Of a DNA stretch of 64,000 bases, positions 54,989 through 64,000 are shown one piece after another. Where the stretch lies: positions 12,860 through 76,859 of the forward strand of contig CAKUES010000005.1 in NCBI GenBank assembly GCA_934646835.1, in the 5' to 3' direction. Position 1 is the stretch's first letter, and each line of letters begins with the position of its first letter. Under the pieces are notes generated by a model. That model did not search any database and was not told where the DNA came from. It was given only the letters and a program-made list of their open reading frames with translations. The DNA is from an uncultured Coriobacteriales bacterium. Its GTDB lineage: Bacteria > Actinomycetota > Coriobacteriia > Coriobacteriales > QAMH01. The position numbers were made by a program, and so were the translations under genes.

Positions 54989-57900
54989 CTACTTCGCGCC
55001 GGTGAACGAATCCACGTCGCGGGCGTTGGAGACGTTCCTGATCGCCTGGTCGAGCTTTTGGCTCACCAGCTTGGAGACACCGTCGCTGCGCATGGACACG
55101 CCATAGAGCAGGTCTGCCATCTCCATAGTGCGGCGCTGGTGACTGATTATGATCACCTGCGTCGTGCCGCGGATGCTGTCGAGGTAGGACAGCAGGCGGC
55201 GCAGGTTGGTGTCGTCAAGCGCCGCCTCGACCTCGTCGAGGATGTAAAACGGCGTCGAGCGCACGCGGTAGACCGCAAACATCAACGCCAAACTCACCAG
55301 GCTCTGCTCGCCACCGGACAGCAGGCTTTGCTTGCGCACCGTCTTGCCGCGCGGCTGCACGTGCACCTCGACGCCTGTCGTCTCCGGGCTCTCCGGGTCC
55401 GTGAGCTCGAGATAACCCTGACCGCCGGGGAAGAGGCTTTCGACAATCTCCTGGAAGTTGCCGTTGACCTGGTTGAAGGTCTCCATGAAGCGGTTGCGCA
55501 TCTTGCGGTCGATCGCCGCGACGATACGCTCGAGCGCCTTTGCCGCGCTTTGCAGGTCGTCGACCTGGATGGCGATGAAATCGCGGCGCTCCTTGAGCTT
55601 GCGGTACTCGTCCACGGCAACGGGGTTGACGCTGCCGAGGTTCTTGATGCGGCGGCTCAGACGGTCGCGCTGCTGCTCCATCTCGCGACGGTCCTCAGGC
55701 GCGGGCAGCTCGAGCGCGATCTCGAGCAAGACACCGCTTTCCTCGGTGATCGCCTTGATTGCTTGCTCGACGCGGACCTCGAGCTTGGACTTCTCGATGC
55801 GGATCTGCACCAGGCCCTCGCTCGCCTCGTCGACCTGCCTTTGGCGCTCGGCCACCGCCTTGCGCACCAAGTCGATGGTGTTGCGCAAGTCGCCTTGGCC
55901 GGCCTGCTCGAGCTGGGCGCGGTCGCGCAGGGCCTCCGCCTTCTCCATCACAAGCTCGCGCAGCTCCGTGAGCGTGCTGTAGAGGGGCTGGACCCTCTGA
56001 CGCAAGAGCTCGAGGTTGCGCTCGGTCTGACGAGAGACCTCGAGGGACTCGTCGAGCTGGCTGATGACACGCGTGGCACTGTCTACCGTCGCGCGCAGGT
56101 GGCGCTCGCGCTCGCGGGTGCCCGCCATCTCGACTTGAAGCTGCTGGATGCGGTTCGAGAGAACCGTCTCGTCCTCGAAGAAGCGGCGGCGCTCGTCGCG
56201 CACCTTGGCGAGCTCGTCGTCGAGCTCGACCTTCTCCTTCTCGAGAGCGGCCTTCTTCTCCTCGAGCTCGCCGATGCGCTTGCGTGTGGCCTCCGTGTCG
56301 GCGGCGACCTTGGCACGTCGAGCCTCGATCTCGCCTTGCTCCTGCATGAGGCCGGCGATGCTCGACTCGAGGCGCCCGGCTTCCTCGCGCAGAGAGTCTC
56401 GCTCGCCGCTGAGCTGGGCAATCTGCTGCGAGAGCTCGAAATCGTCAGCCTGCGCAACCTGCAAGCGCTCCTGCGCTTGCGCGGCTGCGGCCTGGCACTC
56501 CTCAACGGCCTGCTCTGCCGCCGGTTGAGCATCGGCAAGCGCGTTCATGCGACGCTTGCGGGCGAGCACGCCCTCCGCATCTGCCGTGCGCTGACCGTAG
56601 CTGATCTTGCCGCTCGGCCAGACGACGACGCCCTCGCGCGTGACAAAGCGTGCGCCGGTCGTATCCGCAGCACTCGCCTCTATCGCCTGCTCGATGCTGT
56701 CGACTAGGTAGATATCGCCCAGCAGCGCATATGCCACGTGGGCGTTGGCCTCGTCGAAGTCGAGCTTGTCGATCAAGCGCTCGCCTGCCGCTGCGCGCTG
56801 GCCTTGCTGCGCCTTGCCAGACGCCGGCACGAGGGCGAGCTCGCCGCGCTCGATGTCGCTGGCGATGATGCCGTTGACCAGGCTCGCCGCGCTTGCCGCG
56901 TCCTGGACCGCAAGGCCAAAGAGGTCTCCACCCATCAGGTGCTCGACCAGTGCCTCGAGCTCGCTTGGAGCGGTGAGCACCTCGGACAGCGGAGCGACGA
57001 TACCGTCAAACTGCCCCTTGCGCTCCATCACCCAAGACAGCAGCGGGCTTGCTGCGTCGAAGGCGCGATCGACTTCCTCGAGGCCCTTGAGCTCTGCTTT
57101 GAGCTGGGAGAGCTCGTCTTGCTTGACGTTGAGCGCCTTGCGCGCGTCGTCCAAGAGGCGCACGCGCTTATCGATATCGCTTTTAGCAAGCGCAGACTCG
57201 CGCTGCAGCTTGGAGAGCTGCTCCTCGAGCTCCTCGATGCGGCTGCGTCGTGATGCGAGCGTGGCCTGCGTCGCAGAGAAGCTGTCCTCGATCTGCTGCG
57301 CACGGCGCTTGAGGAGGTCCTCCTCGACATCAGCCGTAGACAGCGACTCCGTCGCCTTGACGATGGCCAGCGTCGCCTCGTCGATCTGCTTGCCGCGGTT
57401 GCGCACCGAGCCGTTGAGGCGGCCGATCTCGCTGTCGAGCTGCTTGCGCTCCTTGCGCGTCTCCTCCATCTTGGAGCGGACCTCGTCGACCTGCGCGGTG
57501 ACGGCCTCGAGCGACGCCGCGGCCTCGACCTGCTCGACACTCGATTTCTCGAGCGCCTCGCGGTTCTCGACCAGGCGCTTCTCGTTTTGGTGGATGCTCT
57601 GGCGCAGCTCCGACAGGCGGGTCACCATGTTGTGGCCCTTCTCCTCCAAGAGCAGCATGCCCGCATCGAGCTGGGAGAGCACCATCTGGCAGCGGCGGCG
57701 CTGCTCGGCCAAATCGCCGGCGAACAGGCCCTTCTCCTCGAGAAGGTGTTGGAGCTTCTCAAGCTCGCGCTGCTTTTCCTCCAGGCGGAAGCGCACCAGC
57801 TCGACAGAGGCATCCGCCTCGCGCTCGCGGCGCTCGATGTCGTTCCATGCACCCTGAAGCTGGCGCAAATCGTCCACGGCGAGCGTGAGCTCGATCTCCT

Positions 57901-58567
57901 TGAGCTCACCGGAGAGCAGCTCGTACTGGCGAGCGCGGCTCGCCTGGCGCTCGAGAGGCTTGAGCTGGCGGTCGATCTCTGCAGCGATGTCGTTCACACG
58001 CGCGAGCTCGACATCCATGTTCTTGAGCTTGCGACCAGCGCGCTCTTTGCGCTTCTTGTGCTTGAGGATGCCCGCAGCCTCCTCGATAAGGACGCGGCGG
58101 TCCTCGGGGCGGGCCTGGAGCAGGGACTGCAGGGAGCCCTGCGAGATGATGGAATGCGTGTCGCGGCCCAAGCCGGAGTCGTTGAGGACATCAAGGATGT
58201 CCATAAGGCGGCTGGGGCTGCCGTTGATGAGGTACTCGCTGTCACCGCTGCGGTACATGCGGCGCGTGATGACGACCTCCGTGAAGTCGAGCGGGAGCGT
58301 GCCATCGGAGTTGTCGAGCACGAGGTCGACCTCCGCGAGGCTCACTGCCTGGCGCGCGGAGCTGCCGGCAAAGATGACATCCTCCATCGCCTGACCGCGC
58401 AGCTGCTTGGCGCTTTGCTCGCCCAGTACCCACAGGACCGCGTCGCTCACGTTGGACTTGCCACTGCCGTTGGGGCCCACGACGACGGTCATCCCCGGCT
58501 CGAGCTTGAGCACGGAGCGATCGGCGAAGGATTTGAAGCCCTTGAGGACTAGTGATTTGAGGTACAC
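54989..58567 (-). CDS. smc: Chromosome segregation protein SMC
   Basis: VYLKSLVLKGFKSF, GPNGSGKSN, long coiled coils, hinge, LSGGEQSL, and Walker B ILDEVEAALD. GTG start at 58567. Confidence 0.95.
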   Translation of the reverse strand: MYLKSLVLKGFKSFADRSVLKLEPGMTVVVGPNGSGKSNVSDAVLWVLGEQSAKQLRGQAMEDVIFAGSSARQAVSLAEVDLVLDNSDGTLPLDFTEVVITRRMYRSGDSEYLINGSPSRLMDILDVLNDSGLGRDTHSIISQGSLQSLLQARPEDRRVLIEEAAGILKHKKRKERAGRKLKNMDVELARVNDIAAEIDRQLKPLERQASRARQYELLSGELKEIELTLAVDDLRQLQGAWNDIERREREADASVELVRFRLEEKQRELEKLQHLLEEKGLFAGDLAEQRRRCQMVLSQLDAGMLLLEEKGHNMVTRLSELRQSIHQNEKRLVENREALEKSSVEQVEAAASLEAVTAQVDEVRSKMEETRKERKQLDSEIGRLNGSVRNRGKQIDEATLAIVKATESLSTADVEEDLLKRRAQQIEDSFSATQATLASRRSRIEELEEQLSKLQRESALAKSDIDKRVRLLDDARKALNVKQDELSQLKAELKGLEEVDRAFDAASPLLSWVMERKGQFDGIVAPLSEVLTAPSELEALVEHLMGGDLFGLAVQDAASAASLVNGIIASDIERGELALVPASGKAQQGQRAAAGERLIDKLDFDEANAHVAYALLGDIYLVDSIEQAIEASAADTTGARFVTREGVVVWPSGKISYGQRTADAEGVLARKRRMNALADAQPAAEQAVEECQAAAAQAQERLQVAQADDFELSQQIAQLSGERDSLREEAGRLESSIAGLMQEQGEIEARRAKVAADTEATRKRIGELEEKKAALEKEKVELDDELAKVRDERRRFFEDETVLSNRIQQLQVEMAGTRERERHLRATVDSATRVISQLDESLEVSRQTERNLELLRQRVQPLYSTLTELRELVMEKAEALRDRAQLEQAGQGDLRNTIDLVRKAVAERQRQVDEASEGLVQIRIEKSKLEVRVEQAIKAITEESGVLLEIALELPAPEDRREMEQQRDRLSRRIKNLGSVNPVAVDEYRKLKERRDFIAIQVDDLQSAAKALERIVAAIDRKMRNRFMETFNQVNGNFQEIVESLFPGGQGYLELTDPESPETTGVEVHVQPRGKTVRKQSLLSGGEQSLVSLALMFAVYRVRSTPFYILDEVEAALDDTNLRRLLSYLDSIRGTTQVIIISHQRRTMEMADLLYGVSMRSDGVSKLVSQKLDQAIRNVSNARDVDSFTGAK

Positions 58568-58699
58568 GCGAATCCTTTTGCTCGCAGGTGGGCACAACTG
58601 ATTGATTTTAGCATGACGACGATGCGCCGATGGCAGGGATGGCCAGCAAGGCGGCGCAGGCCTGCATGGTACGGTTGACGAACCATCGCCTCACTGTCG

Positions 58700-58738
58700 C
58701 GGTCAACACTTCCGTCAGACTGTTTTGTTGACCACGCC
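58700..58738. repeat. Single-arm relative of the 84-bp palindrome
   Basis: CGGTCAACACTTCCGTCAGACTGTTTTGTTGACCACGCC resembles one arm of 35311-35394. Confidence 0.6.
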
Positions 58739-58747
58739 GCGACTACT

Positions 58748-58866
58748 CTAGGGAAACGCCGAGCAATGCGAGGTTTATGGGGAGGGACAGGGTCCCTCCC
58801 CTACGTAACCAGCGGTTTTGCTAATTGCAGATATTGGGTATCTGCTTTAACCGGCGTTTCCCCATG
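58748..58866 (+). mobile_element. MITE-like element, copy 4 (right end degenerate)
   Basis: CTAGGGAAACGCCGAGCAATGCGAGG...GGGGAGGGACAGGGTCCCTCCCCTACG...CTTTAACCGGCGTTTCCCCATG. Confidence 0.8.
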
Positions 58867-58903
58867 ACAGCAAAAAGGCGCCCACAGGGAGCGCCTCTCA
58901 TTG

Positions 58904-59650
58904 CTATTTGTCTGCGCCGAGCGCTTTGAGCGCTTGGGCGGCAGCTGCGGCCTCCGCGGCCTTCTTGCTGTGACCCTCGCCCACACCAAGCGTCTCATCG
59001 TCGCAGTAGACCTCGGCCTGGAAGATGCGGTCGTGCGGCGGGCCGATGATGTCGGTGATCCTGTAGTACGGCTTCTTGCGGCGCGCCTGCAGGTACTCCT
59101 GCAGCGAGCTTTTGGGGCTCTCGGGCTCGGTCGCAATGTCGCGGCTGATGTGCGGTCCCAGCGTGCGCAGGACCCACTCGCGCGCGGCATCGATACCGCC
59201 ATCGAGATAGAGCGCGGCGACAAGCGCCTCGTACACGTTCTCCAGCGCGCTGTGCAAGCCGCGGCCCTTGGTACCGGCCTCGGAGTCGCCAAAGATGATG
59301 CACTCGCCCAGGCCCTCGTCACCGCAGACCTTGGAGAGGCTTGCGCCGGAGACGAGGCTCACCTTGATGCGGGTGAGACCGCCCTCTTCCAGATCCGGGA
59401 AGCGCCCGAAGGTCTCCTCGGCGATGATGAAGCCGAGGATGCTGTCGCCCAAAAACTCGAGGCGCTCGTAGTTGTTGGTGCTGCGTGTGTGCTTGCCGTA
59501 GCTGGGATGCGTGAGCGCTACCTGTAGCAAGCCGCGGTTGAAGAACTCGCGGCCAATGATCTTTTCCGCCTTGTCGAGGTTTGCCAGATGGCACTCCTCG
59601 ATCTCCGGGATGTCGAGGTGCTCGATGAGCTTGCTTGGCCTACGTGCCAT
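58904..59650 (-). CDS. rnc: Ribonuclease III
   Basis: ERLEFLGDS catalytic signature and a C-terminal dsRBD. Confidence 0.93.
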   Translation of the reverse strand: MARRPSKLIEHLDIPEIEECHLANLDKAEKIIGREFFNRGLLQVALTHPSYGKHTRSTNNYERLEFLGDSILGFIIAEETFGRFPDLEEGGLTRIKVSLVSGASLSKVCGDEGLGECIIFGDSEAGTKGRGLHSALENVYEALVAALYLDGGIDAAREWVLRTLGPHISRDIATEPESPKSSLQEYLQARRKKPYYRITDIIGPPHDRIFQAEVYCDDETLGVGEGHSKKAAEAAAAAQALKALGADK

Positions 59651-59652
59651 GG

Positions 59653-60645
59653 CTACTCCTCCTCGCCGATCGCCGCTGCGAGCTTGACAGGCATGTCCTG
59701 GCGGATCGCCTGCGCCGTCGCGAGCACGCCGCTGCAGATGGCCTGGGCGTTGGAGCTACCATGGCCGATGAGGCACACACCCTTCACACCGAGCAGCTGC
59801 GCGCCGCCGTACTGGTCTGCGTCGACCTTTTTCATCAGCTCCTTGAGCGCGGGCTTGATGAGCAGCGCGCCGAGCTTGGTCCTCGTGGAGGACAGCAGCG
59901 CCTCCTTCAGGCTGCCGAGCAGCGCCTTGCCGACGCCCTCGAAGGTCTTGAGCGCGACGTTGCCGGTGAAACCGTCGGTAACGATGACGTCGAAGCCGCC
60001 GAGCGCGATGTTCTTGCCCTCTGCGTTGCCGATGAATCCGGGGCACTCGGCCTTGAGCAGTTGGTGGACCTCCTGGGCGAACTCGGAGCCCTTCGTCTCC
60101 TCCTCGCCGATGTTGAGCAAGCCCACGGTGGGGTTGGCGACACCCAAGGTCTCCTGAGAATAGACGCGGCACATCTTGGCAAACTGCAGCAGGTACTCGG
60201 GGCGGCAGTCGGCGTTAGCGCCCATGTCGGCCAGAATGCACTTGGTCACCGGGCTCGGGACGACGCTTGCGATGCAGGGGCGCTTGACGCCCTTGATGCG
60301 GCCCATGACAAGCGTGGCTGCAGACATGCAGGCGCCCGTGCTGCCGGCGCTGAAGAAGCCCGCGGCCTCGCCGTCGCGCACCATGCGGCAGCCGACGACG
60401 ATGCTGGAGTCCTTTTTCTTGCGAACGGCCATCGCGGGGTGCTCCCCCATCTCGATGACCTGCGTTGTTGCCACGGCGCTGCAGCGCTCGTGCTTGGCGG
60501 CAAAGGGCTCGACGACCTCTGCCGGACCGGTAAGAATCACATGGATGTCGTCTGCTTGGGCAAGCGCCATCTCCACACCCTCGAGCACCACGCCGGGAGC
60601 GTCGTCGCCGCCGAGGGCGTCGACCACCAGTTTGACCATCTCCAT
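59653..60645 (-). CDS. plsX: Phosphate acyltransferase PlsX
   Basis: VDALGGDDAP, GFTGNVALK, and an overall PlsX-like translation. Start MEMVKLV (60645) follows GAGAGGAGA. Confidence 0.92.
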   Translation of the reverse strand: MEMVKLVVDALGGDDAPGVVLEGVEMALAQADDIHVILTGPAEVVEPFAAKHERCSAVATTQVIEMGEHPAMAVRKKKDSSIVVGCRMVRDGEAAGFFSAGSTGACMSAATLVMGRIKGVKRPCIASVVPSPVTKCILADMGANADCRPEYLLQFAKMCRVYSQETLGVANPTVGLLNIGEEETKGSEFAQEVHQLLKAECPGFIGNAEGKNIALGGFDVIVTDGFTGNVALKTFEGVGKALLGSLKEALLSSTRTKLGALLIKPALKELMKKVDADQYGGAQLLGVKGVCLIGHGSSNAQAICSGVLATAQAIRQDMPVKLAAAIGEEE

Positions 60646-60820
60646 TGACGGTCTCCTCTCATGATGGATCGCACACGCTTGCACCAGCCGCGGCTTCGGC
60701 TTGCGCAAGCTTATGCGATGCGAACACATACAGCCAACAGAATAGCCGCTTGAAAGAAGCGCGCGAGATCACGTGGCCTATTTGACGCAAAAGAGCACAA
60801 ACGACAGGAGGTGCGGCCTG

Positions 60821-60860
60821 CGTGACACACAATGTGCCAGTGACAAAGTGTGTCATGGCC
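60821..60860. repeat. Family D hairpin unit (type 2: AA/AA bubble, loop GCCAGTG)
   Basis: GTGACACACAATGTGCCAGTGACAAAGTGTGTCAT. Confidence 0.85.
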
Positions 60861-60867
60861 TTGCACG

Positions 60868-60898
60868 CAAAAGAGCCGACTCCAAAGAGCCGGCTTTT
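60868..60898 (-). terminator. Intrinsic terminator after rpmF
   Basis: The minus strand reads AGCCGGCTC-TTTG-GAGTCGGCT followed by CTTTTG. Confidence 0.65.
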
Positions 60899-60930
60899 CA
60901 TGCAGCTATATGTTGTAGCTAACGATCGAT

Positions 60931-61110
60931 TTACTCGACGTCGAGAACCTCGCGGTTCTTGTAGAAGCCGCAGCTGGGGCACACGCGGTGCGGAAGCTTG
61001 ACCTCGCCGCACTGAGGGCAGACAGAGCGGGACGGAGTAGCGCAACGATCGTTTGCAGAGCGACGAGCATGGGTAACTGCTCGACCGGTTTTCCTTTTGG
61101 GTACAGCCAT
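60931..61110 (-). CDS. rpmF: 50S ribosomal protein L32 (59 aa; below the ORF-track cutoff)
   Basis: Hand translation of the minus strand gives MAVPKRKTGRAVTHARRSANDRCATPSRSVCPQCGEVKLPHRVCPSCGFYKNREVLDVE. This has the canonical MAVPKRKTS-type N-terminus and a CxxC...CxxC zinc ribbon. Confidence 0.9.
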   Translation of the reverse strand: MAVPKRKTGRAVTHARRSANDRCATPSRSVCPQCGEVKLPHRVCPSCGFYKNREVLDVE

Positions 61111-61251
61111 GTTCCTAATTACCTTTCGTACACGGCCCTCCGTTTGGGGAAGCCGTAAATCCTAAACACGCGAATTGGTATTCTAACACCGTAAAAGCTT
61201 TCTGTGAAGCCTTTTCTGCTTTTCGTCGAAAGTCGTCGAGAAAAAGCAGGC

Positions 61252-62502
61252 TTACTTCCTCACCAGCAGCGCAACCGTCTCCGCATGCTTGGTGTGCGGG
61301 AACATGTCGACCGGAATGATGCGCTTGAGGGTGTAGGCATCCCCCATCATCTGAATATCGCGCACCTGGGTCTCCGGGTTGCAGCTGATGTAGACGACGC
61401 GCTTGGGCGAGGCAGCAAGCAGGCCCTCGATGAACTCCTCGGAGGCGCCGGCTCGCGGCGGGTCCATGAGGACCACGTCAAAGTGCCTGCTACAGCTATG
61501 CAGGTACTCGCCTGCATCGCCCTGTATAAACTGAGCGCGCTTAACGTTGTTGATGCGCGCGTTCTCGGAGGCGATCTCCACCGCAGACGGGGTCATCTCC
61601 ACGCCGGTGAGCTCGACGGGCTTGGGCTGGGCTTCCTTGCCCTTCTTCTTCGCCTTGGCAGCGGCCTTGGCAGCCTTCTTCTTGTGAACGGGTGCCGTGC
61701 CGGCGCGCTGTTGCTCGATGCTGCGATTGGCAGCGACGATGCCGATCGTGCCGATGCCGCAGTAGGCGTCCAGCACGCTCTCGCCGCCCTGAAGCGCCGC
61801 AAGCTCGACCGCGGTGTTGTAGAGCACCTCGGTCTGCTTGGGGTTGGTCTGGTAGAAGGCAGGGCTCGGGATCCTGAAGGTCTGGCCGCACAGCTTGTCC
61901 TCGATCCAACCCTGGCCGTAGGCGACGCTGTCGCGGTTGCCGAGCACGGCGTTGGTGTTGCGCGTGTTGACGTTGAAGACAACGGTCGAGATCTCCGGGT
62001 GCTCCGCCCTCAAAGCGCGCACGAACTCCTTCTTGTGCGGGAACTCCTTGCTGTTGCACACGAGCGTGACCATGACCTCGTCCGTGTTGGCAGCGCAGCG
62101 GATGATCGCATGGCGCAGCAGACCGCTGCCGCGGTCCTCGTCGTAGGCCTTGAGCTTGAACTCGCGCGCGAGCTTGGCGATGCTGTCGAAGATGGGACGC
62201 GCCTGCGGGTCTTCCACCAGGCAGCTGGGGCAGGCGATGAGCTTGTGGGTTCCCGGCTTGTACATGCCGTGGACGAGCTTGCCCTTCTGCCCGGGCTGAA
62301 ACGGCGTCATGCTCTTGGCACGGTAGGCCACCGGCTCGTCCATGCCGACGATGGGCTCCGGCTCGACGCCCAGCGGCTCGAAGAGCTCCTTGAGGGCCTC
62401 CTGCTTGCGCTCAAGCTGGATCTCATAGGGGACCGCCAGCCACTCGCAGCCACCGCAGTCCTTGGCCTGCGGACAAGTGTAGGTTTTGTAGTACTCAGAC
62501 AA
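61252..62502 (-). CDS. RlmD/RumA-family RNA (uracil-5)-methyltransferase with a Lys/Ala-rich insertion
   Basis: CPQAKDCGGCEW Fe-S cysteines, LDAYCGIGTIG SAM motif, DPPRAG, ISCNPET. An insertion QQRAGTAPVHKKKAAKAAAKAKKKGKEAQPKPV follows motif I. The start is uncertain (TTG 62502 after GGGAAGGAA, or GTG 62541). Confidence 0.82.
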   Translation of the reverse strand: MSEYYKTYTCPQAKDCGGCEWLAVPYEIQLERKQEALKELFEPLGVEPEPIVGMDEPVAYRAKSMTPFQPGQKGKLVHGMYKPGTHKLIACPSCLVEDPQARPIFDSIAKLAREFKLKAYDEDRGSGLLRHAIIRCAANTDEVMVTLVCNSKEFPHKKEFVRALRAEHPEISTVVFNVNTRNTNAVLGNRDSVAYGQGWIEDKLCGQTFRIPSPAFYQTNPKQTEVLYNTAVELAALQGGESVLDAYCGIGTIGIVAANRSIEQQRAGTAPVHKKKAAKAAAKAKKKGKEAQPKPVELTGVEMTPSAVEIASENARINNVKRAQFIQGDAGEYLHSCSRHFDVVLMDPPRAGASEEFIEGLLAASPKRVVYISCNPETQVRDIQMMGDAYTLKRIIPVDMFPHTKHAETVALLVRK

Positions 62503-62648
62503 CGGGGTTTCCTTCCCAACTGCATCTGCCGTCGACTTCACACGAATGCGACCTGGCCCAAAACGCTCGAACCTGCCAGCAGGCGAGGCCGGGCATCTCA
62601 GACCAGGTCGCATCCCATCAAAAGCAACACACATCCGAAGAATCGGTA

Positions 62649-63407
62649 TTACTCGGCGTCCTTATCCTCATCTTGAGCGTCGTCCTCGATGAAGACGAGG
62701 TTGCCTTCGTCGTCGAACTCGAGAGTGCCGGCGGCTCCATCGGCGAAGATAGCGTCGAGCGCGCGCTCCAGCTCTGCCGCCTCCTCAGGCGTGAGCTCAG
62801 GGGCGTCGTCGGCTGGCGCCTCGTGGGCGGCAGCGTCGCCGAACTCGTCCTTGGCAGCCTGGCCGCGGGCGACGTCATCGTCGCTGAAGTTCAAGCCGGC
62901 AAGCGCGGCAAAGGGATTGGTCGGGTCCGGCTTGCTCGAGCAGTCGCAGCTCTCCTCGTTGAGGTTGCAGCCGCAATGCGGGCACAGGCCCTTGCAATCG
63001 TCCTTGCACAGCACCACGAACGGAGTCGCGTAGCAAACGGCAGCCAGGATGTTGTAGGAGATGTCGAAGTCGCCGTTGGCGTCGATGACATCGACCTCGT
63101 CTTCCTCGTAGCCCTCTGCGAGATCTGCCTCGTTGAGGAGGAAGTAACCCTGGACCTCCGCTTCAACCTCGACCGTGGCGGGCTCGAGGCAGCGAGCACA
63201 CTCCGTGTTGCCGGTGGTGCGCACCTTGCCCTGGAGCAAGATGGCCTCGCCGGTATTGGTGAGCGTCAACTCGTACTCGAAGCCGCCCGGGGTCTCCACC
63301 TGCATGCCGCCGACCTCGTACGACTTCTCGTCGAGGGTGCCGGAAAGCTTGCGGATACCGCCGAAGTTGACGAGCTCAGGATAGATTGACTGGGGAAATG
63401 CCTGCAT
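62649..63407 (-). CDS. yceD: YceD/DUF177 family protein with an acidic C-terminal extension
   Basis: CARCLEP...CKGLCPHCGCNLN is the DUF177 cysteine pattern. About 90 acidic residues lie at the C-terminus. Confidence 0.85.
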   Translation of the reverse strand: MQAFPQSIYPELVNFGGIRKLSGTLDEKSYEVGGMQVETPGGFEYELTLTNTGEAILLQGKVRTTGNTECARCLEPATVEVEAEVQGYFLLNEADLAEGYEEDEVDVIDANGDFDISYNILAAVCYATPFVVLCKDDCKGLCPHCGCNLNEESCDCSSKPDPTNPFAALAGLNFSDDDVARGQAAKDEFGDAAAHEAPADDAPELTPEEAAELERALDAIFADGAAGTLEFDDEGNLVFIEDDAQDEDKDAE

Positions 63408-63444
63408 CGGCCCTCCTTCGCTTATCTGCGCGAGCGCAATGCGC

Positions 63445-63909
63445 CTAGTCTGCAGAGCTGTTGTTCAGACGTGCGCGGCAGCGCGTGACGTTCTTGAGCA
63501 GGTTGTCGAGGTTGGTCTCGAGGTTCGCGAAGATCTGGTCTGCGTAGTCCTCTGCGCCGACGCGCATCTCGCGCTCGCGGACCATGGCCTCCTCGACGAT
63601 CTCCGTGGCCTTGGCCTCGGCGATGCGGACGACCTCCTGCTCGCTGGCGATCTGGTCTGCCTGGCGCTCTGCGTCCTCGAGGATGCGGTTTGCGTCGATC
63701 TCCGCGGCCTCGATCATGCCCTGACGGTCGCGAACGATGATGCGCGCCTGGCGCAGCTCCTCCGGGAGGATGTCGCGAATCTCGTCCAAAATCTCGAAAA
63801 CAGGCCCGATCTCGACCTGACGCTTCTGGCTGTTACCCAGGACAGGCTTGGAGTTCTCGATGCGCTCTGCAAGCTCGTCAAGCAGCTCCTCGATGCCGGC
63901 TTCGTCCAT
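63445..63909 (-). CDS. Coiled-coil protein of unknown function
   Basis: Charged heptad-like translation. Start MDEAGIEE (63909) follows GAAGGAGGTG. No family assigned by eye. Confidence 0.6.
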   Translation of the reverse strand: MDEAGIEELLDELAERIENSKPVLGNSQKRQVEIGPVFEILDEIRDILPEELRQARIIVRDRQGMIEAAEIDANRILEDAERQADQIASEQEVVRIAEAKATEIVEEAMVREREMRVGAEDYADQIFANLETNLDNLLKNVTRCRARLNNSSAD

Positions 63910-64000
63910 GGGGCACCTCCTTCGTTGGTGTGTTTGATTGCTACGTTTGAGATGCGGGTGCAATGCACCCACAGGTGTAAAACATACTAGCAGATAGCAA

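Overview
This is a GC-rich 64-kb chromosomal window. Gene content suggests an anaerobic, host-associated member of the Actinomycetota, probably Coriobacteriia-like; that placement is an inference, not a database result. All calls come from reading the sequence and the ORF track by eye. No searches, folds or statistics were run.

Coding content, in window order:
- LysR regulator fragment
- YozG-type HTH plus DUF2975-like membrane pair
- glnA-glnR operon
- near-complete methionine pathway in two divergent operons: metF, a stand-alone MetH activation-domain protein and a short metH on the minus strand; a CGS-like PLP enzyme, a PatB/MalY-like lyase and metA on the plus strand
- NSS-family transporter
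- XdhC-like protein plus polyferredoxin pair
- tightly coupled five-gene operon: rhodanese lipoprotein, two TVP38/DedA-superfamily membrane proteins, an HdrB-like CCG protein, and a fused DUF2064::GT2 transferase
- 641-aa membrane protein
- LarC-like fragment
- L,D-transpeptidase
- azlCD
- OmpR/HK two-component pair
- ferredoxin
- two RumA/RlmD-like methyltransferases
- nagB and nagA
- apbE
- decayed trigger-factor-like pseudogene
- OYE/enoate-reductase-type flavoenzyme
- nanA-nanK-nanE
- marR plus paired SMR pumps
- peptide/nickel-type ABC importer
- housekeeping block: ffh, ftsY, smc, rnc, plsX, rpmF, yceD

Most long antisense ORFs in the track are GC-driven artefacts.

The most unusual property is the non-coding DNA. 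Almost every intergenic gap holds nested hairpin repeats from at least nine families.
- Three families have different stems but the same flanking tetranucleotide: hairpin followed by TACG, which reads as a GTAG head on the other strand. This is the hallmark of REP elements.
- Two foldback families occur as flip/flop isomers, with the core or loop inverted relative to distinguishable arms.
- One family forms a tandem hairpin array with compensatory stem changes inside the ABC transporter locus.

The best candidate for an undescribed protein system is the operon at 18698-22888. A candidate C/U-rich-loop sRNA lies at about 37155-37330.
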